Shown piece after piece: positions 46,662 through 55,115 of a stretch of 64,000 bases of DNA. Position 1 is the stretch's first letter, and each line of letters starts with the position of its first letter. Both the position numbers and the translations under genes were made by a program. The stretch comes from Epithemia pelagica (Eukaryota > Protista > Bacillariophyta): NCBI GenBank assembly GCA_946965045.2, contig OX337232.1, positions 1,674,001 to 1,738,000 on the forward strand, read 5' to 3'. The notes under the pieces were generated by a model. The model was not told the origin of the DNA. It was given only the letters and a program-made list of their open reading frames with translations, and searched no databases.

Positions 46662-47372
46662 TTAATTATGTCTTTCATCGAGCTGAACCGCGGGTGGCGG
46701 ACGTTTAGTTGTCCGGAAATGTACATGAAACTCTTTACATTCAGCAGACATTCCACGACATTTGTCGGCTATAAGTGGTTTTGCAAGGAAAAGGCCTTTG
46801 AGCTGGCAAACTCTCGACAAACAAACAAAGTTCCAATTGCCCGTGTAGTCCCAGTTCGATATGTAAAGAAATTCGATTGATCTCCCTTGTAGCTTATGAA
46901 CAGTCCTTGCATTGGACACATTGAGAGGAAGCTGCGTCATTTTCATCGTTTTCCTCACTCGTTTCATGCCAAACATGGGGAGTGGGAACTGCACTTGTTG
47001 AGTAACAGTCTGAGGCTTCAAAAGAACAACATGATTCTGGTTTCCATCAACCATTTTCACCTTGATTCCCTCGATTTGAGTGACCTTAAGACTCCAAACA
47101 TAATATCCATCAATCAATATTTTCTCCAAATCAGATAATGTCACCCCTTGCTTAAGGAGAACGCCATTGAATTCACACATGGCTCCATTAGCAATACATG
47201 ACTCAACGTCTTTGTTTTCATTGATACACAACGGTCTTCCATAATACAGTTTCAAAAGTGGATCATATCTCTTGTTGTCCCGTCCTTGCAAGTGACCCTC
47301 ACCACAGGTGGCATATAGGATATCTTCACTTGCCTTGTTGAAACCCCAAAGTTTGGATTGCGTTTTTAGCCT
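46662..47372 (-). pseudogene. C-terminal fragment of a PIF1-family (RepHel-type) helicase
   Basis: TQLPLNVSNARTVHKLQGRS and FVCLSRV match SF1B motifs V and VI. The frame closes upstream of 47372 and no Rep HUH domain was found. Confidence 0.8.
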
Positions 47373-48426
47373 CTTTTAGTTCCATGTAGCTCTTCAGGAT
47401 TGTGAGATGGAACATATAAATTATACATGGAAATTTGAGTCTAGTAATAAGCTTTCGATCTATATAATTTTTAGCGCGAACGGGCTGACGCTCGAGACGT
47501 TATTTCATTTTTCTCAACTTCGTGCGATAAAAAAAGGCCGAGCTCTATTGTGCCTAAAATAGAGGCACTACCTGCGTGCACCAATTGAAACCTTAACCCT
47601 AATGATACTATTCCATAGTGCTGACCAGCAGTTTTCTCCAACCTGTTGCGGTGTATAACCAACCAACCACCTCTGGATGTGGTTCTGGATGTGATGCCGC
47701 ATACAAGGCGGCCGAATCATCCAGTCGTTGCATGAAATTGTCGTGGACGTCATCTGGATTGCTCCTGGGAGGAGGAGCATAATCATTGTTGTTGTCGGTT
47801 GATGGGCCCTCGTTTTGTTCACAATCCCTCCAACAAGATGGAGTGCTCTGATTTCCAACGATTGGTATCTCTGTGTTGCTGTGCAGTCGCTCTCTCGATC
47901 TCTTGGTCGAACAGAAGTCAACCAACCTCTGACTGAGCTATCGACGTCTCTCGTGTTTGTGTGCAAAGTCCAACAGCCAACAGCCATCACACAAGATCCT
48001 TGTCTGTCCTTGTTCACGCTTTTCCTGCACCGGCGGTGTCAAAGTTGTTGTCAAACGTCGAACCGCCTCTCTTGCCATAAATCTTTATCTTCCAAGATCC
48101 CACTTTTATCATCACCATCATGTTCAAGGCCTTTTTGCTGCACAAAACTCGACCAATGATTGATCCATTCCAAAGCAGAACTGACACAACAAATTTCGTT
48201 TCTCCGAGTTGGCCAAGGGAAACAAACCAGACATGTGCACGGTGCACTTTCCTCATTGTGATCATCCTCGTGCTTACAAACGAGATCATCCCGACAAAAA
48301 GGTGACCAATGGAGTATTTTCTTGTCCAGAAGCCGTCGAAATTTTATTTCTTCTCCCTTTGCCCTCATTGTGCGAGCCATGGTAAATTCTGGGGAAGGGC
48401 GTGATTGGGCTCATTACCAGAGTGCA

Positions 48427-49148
48427 AGATGCTCATATCCATCGACGAGAGTAGTTACGATCGTGTGCGTCTACAGAGCCTGCTTTCATTGGCGGGAAAG
48501 TGATACTCCTATGTGCATCTGAATCTTAGAATGTAGAGAGCCCGCCAACAAGAAAGAGTACTCTGAGACCATAGACAAGAGCCAAAACAAGTAAGAGTAG
48601 TATCGGTCTGTTGAGTCCTAGTTCGAAAGCAAAAGTTCCCTTAATAGAGGAAATTTCTACTCCTATATCCATTTGAATCTTAGCATGTAGAGAGCCCGCC
48701 AACAAGATGGACTTCTCTGATTTCCATACACAAGAGGCAAACAGATGCTCATATCCATCGACGAGAGTAGTTACGATCGTGTGCGTCTGCGGAGCCTGCT
48801 TTCATTGGCAGGAAAGTGATACTCCTATGTGCATCTGAATCTTAGAATGTAGAGAGCCCGCCAACAAGAAAGAGTACTTTGAGACCATAGACAAGAGGGA
48901 AAACAAGTAAGAGTAGTATCGGTCTGTTGAGTCCTAGTTCGAAAGCGGAAGATCCCTTAATAGAGGAAATTTCTACTCCTATATCCATTTGAATCTTAGC
49001 ATGTAGAGAGCCCGCCAACAAGATGGAGTTCTCTGATTTCCATACACAAGAGGCAAACCAGTGAGAGTATTGGTCTGTTGAGTGCTGCTTCCAAGGCCAA
49101 ACATCCCGTAATAGAGGAAATTTATACTCCCATGTGCATTTGAATTAC
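48427..49148. repeat. Hierarchical tandem repeat: 2 x 316 bp plus a partial unit, each built from two ~158-bp subunits
   Basis: Units start AGATGCTCATATCC at 48427 and 48743. The core TGAATCTTAG(A/C)ATGTAGAGAGCCCGCCAACAAGA occurs four times. Confidence 0.9.
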
Positions 49149-49319
49149 AAATAGCGATGGGAGTATACCATGAAAACATTTTTCTCGGTTCTTGAACGGT
49201 TCCAATTGGAGAAGTGTTGAGGATCGAGAAAACACGATTTTCTCGATGCAGCCTAATCTCCTCAAGCCAAGTCCAACAATCAACTCATATTTCCTTCCTC
49301 GACAAACAACATCCGCATC

Positions 49320-50184
49320 ATGACTCCACCAGCGAAAAAGGCAAGTTTGATTGTTGCGTCGTTCTATCACTACATGGCATTCATCCATGCTCACCTTTCT
49401 TTTTTCTTCTCCTCACCAGGAAACAATCAAGAAGTTCAAGTTCACGGCAACGAAGAAGAAAGGTGTTGCTCCTTCTCCGAGTAGATCGAAGCCCAGGGTC
49501 TCTGAGATCCATTCGGAGCGTTGTGGCCCTAACTCACAGTTTATTGTTGCTTACATGAAGCTCGCAGGGACCAAAACAGAGCGGTCGGGATACATGAATC
49601 CTGTATTTGATCTGATTAAAGAAAAGGAAAAGTGACTTTTTGATGAGTTTGATGTGCGAATTCAAAAACTGTATCGTCGTCTCTCACCTGAGAAGGATGA
49701 ACCGATGATGAATGGCAACCCGGACAAGTCCGGAACCGAATACCCCTGGCCGTGCGTTGTTGGATTCTGTGACGACGCTGACGATGACACAAAGAAAAAG
49801 ACTCTGACCAAAAATTTGTGTAAGACCATTGCCGAGGTGATGGAGAAGAATGACAAAGAACACGGATACAATCGCACTTACAGCTACAACACTCCTGACT
49901 TGGATCACACCGGCAATATTCCTCGCCCTTTGGATAATCTGTTTCAAGATGAAGAAGTCAATGCTCTTGTTCAAAACTACTTCGAACTCGGTGATGACAA
50001 TGATCTGTTCACCTATCTTGGTGGCGAAGACGATGGTGTGGCAGACCAGGCTTTTTCGCGTGATGAATACGGCATGTACTCCAGAAGTGCAGTAATCGCT
50101 GGAAATACCCGACTGGTAGGCTCCAAGACAACAAAGTCGACGAGAAGGAGTCCGAAGAAACGACCCCTGAGAATTGATTTGTGA
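49320..50184 (+). pseudogene. Unknown spliced gene inside the Helentron (GC-AG intron 49341-49419; in-frame TGA at 49633-49635)
   Basis: MTPPAKK/ETIKKFKF joins in phase 0 across AG/GCAAGT...polypyrimidine-CAG. ORFs 49351-49635 and 49654-50184 share a frame. Confidence 0.55.
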
Positions 50185-50349
50185 TATGTGTACTGAAATA
50201 CAATATGAGTGCCAATCGAGAGATATAAGGGCTTCTGCTTTTATCGTATACCAATATGCTATTATCAATAACACGTGCATCCTGGTCAGCAGAACGAACG
50301 AAGAAAAACAAAATTCATAATATATGCTTTCCTAGTCAATTTATAATTC

Positions 50350-50786
50350 TTTGTTGCTGTATGATGATAATATGAATTTAACTCTGCCGTCGTAGCGATT
50401 CATGCCCGTTATCGAACACAGCAATTCTCTCTAACGTCTTGCTACCTGTTCCTACGAGCTTTCAAACAAAAAGTCTTGTTTCAGTCATTCCAGAACGGTT
50501 GGGCGTCTTACATTACTACTAGAGATTCGTCAAGGGTAAGTCCCCACTCACATTTTACGCGGTTGGAGGTGCACCTCCAAATCATACCATGACTGACCAT
50601 TAAAATATGCATTGCTATATCATTGCCATATATATTTAACCGTTTCATCAACCGCCATGTTTGCTCAATTGTACTTTTTACTCTAGTGTCTGTCCGTTTT
50701 CGGAACAGCTGGTCTTTCTGGAAATTCCCACCCCCGACCCCAAGCCTTCCGGCCCACCCGTCCCGTTCATACTGAACTCAGACGAA
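50350..50786 (-). repeat. Helentron 5'-terminal 437 bp (copy B)
   Basis: About 5 differences from 53233-53669. Contains the palindrome TTGGAGGTGCACCTCCAA at 50563-50580. Confidence 0.9.
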
Positions 50787-50903
50787 TACCAACAACGGGA
50801 AAACCTCTAGATCCAAGAAAGCCTCATGCTTTACACTATAGGCGACGAAAATACTTGTTGGTTTTGTGGTTTGTGGTTGCCGCAAGGTGGAATGATGGCT
50901 TTT

Positions 50904-53195
50904 CTATGTTTTGCTTCGATAGCGACGACGAATCCAGTAATCCTGTTCATGATAATTATGCTTCAAGGACAATGAGTCTGTTTCCATGAGAGCGTCATTG
51001 ATGTAGTTCACAGCATCTTCCCGACGTTCCATCGCCAAGGCTTGTTCTTCCTCCATTCGCTCTTGATAACTGGGCTCATTATCGTCATCATCGTCATTGT
51101 CCACTTGATCCAGGTCACTGGTATCCGCAACTTGATTGGGAAATCGACGTTGCACCCAAAAGTACAAATCCACTTGATTGACAATGGAACACAAGTTGGA
51201 CAAATCATCAAACGAGTCTGCTGGGTTGGGCTCGTGGGACGACAATGGAATATACTGTACATTGTTGGCCACCGAATGGGCGTAGCGACGGTGGGCCTTT
51301 TTGGATTGTTGACTCCCCAAAGAGACGGGAGAGATGCAAAACATGTACTTTTGCTGCAAGGGCAGGTCCACATCCTCTAGTAACTGGGCTATTTCCATCA
51401 TGCTTTCGCTTCTTCTCAAGAAGTAATCACCTTCCACATTAGCCAGTTCCGCAAAACTCTTCAACACGTGATACAAATCGTTCCGTCGTGGCGACACTGA
51501 GCCTTGCCCCCATTGTGACGTGTTGTTGGTGATTGTCAACTTGTTGGTTGTGTTGTCCTCCTTGTTGCTGGCATCCAGACCAAAGTCGTACTCACTGGGG
51601 TGATCGCCTTTGTGCATAAGACCAGTCGTTTCCAATGTATCACGAAAGGCTTCCAAATGATCCGCCATGGGCATGAGCCCTGCCTTGGTAATGGGGCCAA
51701 TATCCGTTTGAATGCAGGTTTGAATGTATTGAATGTCGTTGTCGTCACGACATGTCACAAATCCCTGTGGGTAGGGACTGTTGCGACGACCGGCCCGGCC
51801 ACCAATTTGTTTCACATCGTTGTGTGTCAATCGAATAATGCTTGTTCCATCGTGTTTATAAATAGTATGAAAAATGATGCGTCGAATGTTGAGATTCAAA
51901 CCCATGCCAACGGCATCACTCGCCACCAAAATCTCATATCCAGAGTCCGGGTCATTGAACAAACGGGCTTGTTCCGCTCGTGTTTGAGGAGGCAAAGACC
52001 CATAGACGACACAACAACGAAACTTTGTCCTGGACTCAATCTCTCGCTTCACGGCAAAAATATCTCTTCGATTAAATGCCACAATACAGTCACCTGGCCG
52101 GACGGATAATGCATAGGGATATAATTGCACGTCATCTTGGTGTTTTGGGTTCCTTTTGTTGGTTTTCGTTTTCTTGGTTTCCTTGTTGGACTGGTTTGCC
52201 TCTTCATCCTGTAGTTGCCACTGTTCCCATTGCTGTTGCTTTCGATACAAGGCAGCTTGTAAACTGTGTGACTCAACCTGCAAGGGTGTAAAGCGTTTGT
52301 AGGTACGGAGTTCAAAGTCATCGCCGCATTTTTCCTCCACTAGTTTACGCACCAGATCCACCGCTTCGAGGCCACCACACACATGAATTTCAGAGCAATT
52401 CAAGCCCAAGAGGGCACGGGTCCAGGCAAACCCTCGTTCGGGGTCGGCAATCATTTGGATCTCATCAATCACCACGACCGAATCCGTATCATTGTCCTGT
52501 TTCGTGTTGCTGGACGGTTTCGGGGTGGTTCCGTTTGCGGCCTCTTCGTCGTCTTCCTCCTCTTCTGTGGGCGGTCGAGTCGATAACCGTGTTCCCTTGA
52601 GGAGGGGATTGGAAGCACCATTGTAGGCCATTTCAATGGTTGCCGATCCATGCGTGGCGCCCCGCATAACGCGTCGCTCTTGTCCCGTGTACAAATTGCA
52701 TCGAATGCCCTTTTCCGTCATCGTGTCATAGACCTCTGCCGCCAAGAGTCGAAGGGGGCCATAATACATGCCCGTCGCGGCCTGTTCCAATCGTTGCATG
52801 GCTTGATAGGTTTTTCCACTATTGGTCGGGCCGCCATGGTAGATAATGCGCCGTGGTGTGGGCCGATTCCGTACTTCGGGGAACCATTCGTGTGGTTGCG
52901 TCAAATCGGCCACGGCATCCAAGGCACGATATTGACGCAACAACCCGGCATGGACGGTACCAATGTAATCTGCCATGATGCGACAGATTGTTCCCTTGAC
53001 CTCATCGCTTTGCAACACCGCATTGGTTTTGGCAAACAACTCTGGAGTGATACCAAGGCGTTTGCCCAATTTCTGAACCAACCCCTGCAACTGTTGTCGT
53101 CGAACATTGCAGCTCGACGCTTTACGGCGCGTTTGTTTCAAGCTTTTCCTTTGGACTCGAACTTGATGATCATATTCACGTTTTAGTGCGTTCAA
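50904..53195 (-). CDS. SUV3: SUV3-like mitochondrial RNA helicase, apparently 5'-truncated
   Basis: DLTQPHEWFP, YHGGPTNSGKT, YGPLRLLAAEV, IDEIQMI, ASDAVGMGLNLNIRRI, QIGGRAGRR. There is no upstream in-frame ATG before the repeat junction. Confidence 0.85.
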   Translation of the reverse strand: MNALKREYDHQVRVQRKSLKQTRRKASSCNVRRQQLQGLVQKLGKRLGITPELFAKTNAVLQSDEVKGTICRIMADYIGTVHAGLLRQYRALDAVADLTQPHEWFPEVRNRPTPRRIIYHGGPTNSGKTYQAMQRLEQAATGMYYGPLRLLAAEVYDTMTEKGIRCNLYTGQERRVMRGATHGSATIEMAYNGASNPLLKGTRLSTRPPTEEEEDDEEAANGTTPKPSSNTKQDNDTDSVVVIDEIQMIADPERGFAWTRALLGLNCSEIHVCGGLEAVDLVRKLVEEKCGDDFELRTYKRFTPLQVESHSLQAALYRKQQQWEQWQLQDEEANQSNKETKKTKTNKRNPKHQDDVQLYPYALSVRPGDCIVAFNRRDIFAVKREIESRTKFRCCVVYGSLPPQTRAEQARLFNDPDSGYEILVASDAVGMGLNLNIRRIIFHTIYKHDGTSIIRLTHNDVKQIGGRAGRRNSPYPQGFVTCRDDNDIQYIQTCIQTDIGPITKAGLMPMADHLEAFRDTLETTGLMHKGDHPSEYDFGLDASNKEDNTTNKLTITNNTSQWGQGSVSPRRNDLYHVLKSFAELANVEGDYFLRRSESMMEIAQLLEDVDLPLQQKYMFCISPVSLGSQQSKKAHRRYAHSVANNVQYIPLSSHEPNPADSFDDLSNLCSIVNQVDLYFWVQRRFPNQVADTSDLDQVDNDDDDDNEPSYQERMEEEQALAMERREDAVNYINDALMETDSLSLKHNYHEQDYWIRRRYRSKT

Positions 53196-53232
53196 CTGAA
53201 TCCGTTTTATCCCCGGGGAATTGTATGTTTCG

Positions 53233-53669
53233 TTTGTTGCTGTATGATGATAATATGAATTTAACTCTGCCGTTGTAGCGATTCATGCCCGTTATCGAAC
53301 ACAGCAATTCTCTCTAACGTCTTGCTACCTGTTCCTACGAGCTTTCAAACAAAAAGTCTTGTTTCAGTCATTCCAGAACGGTTGGGCGTCTTACATTACT
53401 ACTAGAGATTCGTCAAGGGTAAGTTCCCACTCACATTTTACGCGGTTGGAGGTGCACCTCCAAATCATACCATGACTGACCATTAAAATATTCATTGCTA
53501 TATCATTGCCATATATATTTAACCGTTTCATCAACCGCCATGTTTGCTCAATTGTACTTTTTACTCTAGTGTCCGTCCGTTTTCGGAACAGCTGGTCTTT
53601 CTGGAAATTCCCACCCCAGACCCCAAGCCTTCCGGCCCACCCGTCCCGTTCATACTGAACTCAGACGAA
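53233..53669 (-). repeat. Helentron 5'-terminal 437 bp (copy C)
   Basis: Direct repeat of 50350-50786. Confidence 0.9.
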
Positions 53670-53843
53670 CAATCTCTAAATAGAAGAATGAGATTCCTAT
53701 TTTGCCCCCCTTTACAAGTGCACCCCCAATAGAAACCCAAAACGCAAAAGGCGTACCCGTACACCGTACACCATACTCGTACACCCATACACCATCCATT
53801 TGCATGTGCGCTGCCCCTCTCCGGAAAATTTTGATTCTCGACG

Positions 53844-55028
53844 ATGGGATCTTGGGTGTTGCAGCTATGGCTGTGGCTCATGTTCGCACGAATTGATTCA
53901 ACATGTCTTGGGTTGAACTTGAATCGTCCTCGAAATCCTGTGGAACCGCAGGTGATGAGTTTGTCCAAGTATCCCATCGGAACTGCTCGACGACAAATCA
54001 TTGGTACTTTGTCGATTGGGTCTGCGCTGATTGCCACGGGGTATGCTCCGAGCGCAGCGTGGGCCGGTGAGGTGGGTGCCCGCATCACTAAAGCTGTGAC
54101 TCAATCGGATATTGGAATATCAGTACGCCGTTCAGTCGTTCGCGGGGCTCAGGTTATGGATTCTGTTGATGGACAATGGGAAAAATTCTCGGATCGCTTC
54201 GGTCTAGGTGCAGCACGCAAACAACAGCCTGGAAGGCCCCTTCCGAAGAATATTCCAGAACCGAAAGATCTTGATGTGACTTTGGCATATGCGGTACTTT
54301 CGATGGCCGACGAAGCTTTCTGTCACATTACGCAAACGATAAAGAAAGATCTTGAAACAGAAGTTGTTGGGATCAGACAGATCGTGGCACCTTCTTTTTC
54401 TAGATCTGGTCTGACGAATGAGGAAGTGCAAGGAAACATTGTGAACGGTCGCGCATTCAATTTTCTGTGTTACTGTCATTTTAAAGCATATTCTGATATC
54501 ATCATCAGCCGAGGGATAACTTTCCGATCGTTTCTGAGCACCTTTGAAGACATGGTCGGAAAACAAGTTGCAACACTTTTTCTCCCCGGGCAACTTTTGA
54601 CGTGCAATGATCTTTCTCAGGAAAAGGAGCGCCTCTGCCAGCTCCAGAAATCACGTGCTCAAGTGGACACAATTACGCGTGGGCTGGTGGAGAAGGGGTT
54701 TGTCGCGCAAATTGATCCATTTCCCACCTTCGATGATGAAGAAGTTACGGAGTGGTCTCAAGATCTTTCGGATATGCAGTGGAGTATTGCACTCGATGGG
54801 GATATAACATTGGGAGCTCAGTTGTTGCTTCAGGAACAGGGATATCGTCTCTATCCTAGTTTCGTTCGATGCGCCTTGAAGAGCATACTTTCCAGCGCGA
54901 TGACAAACCAAGATGTTGAAATAACAGATTTCTATATGGACACAGACTACAATTCCGACCCTGACAAATATCAAGTCAAGGAAGTTCTGTTAAATGTTGT
55001 GATTGGGGCAAAATCACCAGACAGGTAG
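53844..55028 (+). CDS. Hypothetical plastid protein, probably thylakoid lumen
   Basis: Signal peptide, then twin-Arg-like ARRQIIG, a hydrophobic stretch and an AWA cleavage site. Confidence 0.7.
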   Translation: MGSWVLQLWLWLMFARIDSTCLGLNLNRPRNPVEPQVMSLSKYPIGTARRQIIGTLSIGSALIATGYAPSAAWAGEVGARITKAVTQSDIGISVRRSVVRGAQVMDSVDGQWEKFSDRFGLGAARKQQPGRPLPKNIPEPKDLDVTLAYAVLSMADEAFCHITQTIKKDLETEVVGIRQIVAPSFSRSGLTNEEVQGNIVNGRAFNFLCYCHFKAYSDIIISRGITFRSFLSTFEDMVGKQVATLFLPGQLLTCNDLSQEKERLCQLQKSRAQVDTITRGLVEKGFVAQIDPFPTFDDEEVTEWSQDLSDMQWSIALDGDITLGAQLLLQEQGYRLYPSFVRCALKSILSSAMTNQDVEITDFYMDTDYNSDPDKYQVKEVLLNVVIGAKSPDR

Positions 55029-55115
55029 GCCTTCTTCACAAACGCCATTTTTCTTTCCCTTGTTCGTTACTCGTAGTTCTTTGTGGGCAGTCATTTTACC
55101 AAGGTGACACAATGC

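Larger units (their letters stand above)
46557..53669 (-). mobile_element. Helitron2/Helentron element: core 46557-50786, possibly extended to 53669 with SUV3 cargo
   Basis: 3' subterminal repeat + hairpin + TTT at 46557-46600, a PIF1 helicase remnant just upstream, and 5' ends at 50786 and 53669. Confidence 0.7.

Noticed and set aside
48427-49148. CRISPR-like array
   Set aside because: The inter-repeat segments are homologous to each other, there are no cas genes, and the context is eukaryotic.
8858-49635. UGA reassignment or programmed readthrough as the explanation for in-frame stops
   Set aside because: Conserved genes here terminate normally with TGA (DAP3, lipocalin, AOX), and the interruptions also include TAA and TAG.
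50350-53669. The 437-bp direct repeats as LTRs of a retro-captured SUV3
   Set aside because: No consistent TG...CA ends, PBS, PPT or TSD. The ends instead match the inverted repeat next to the Helentron hairpin.
53561-54088. Minus-strand ORF as the missing SUV3 N-terminus
   Set aside because: It is largely antisense to the 53844 gene, shows no presequence or SUV3 features, and gives no clear in-frame junction.
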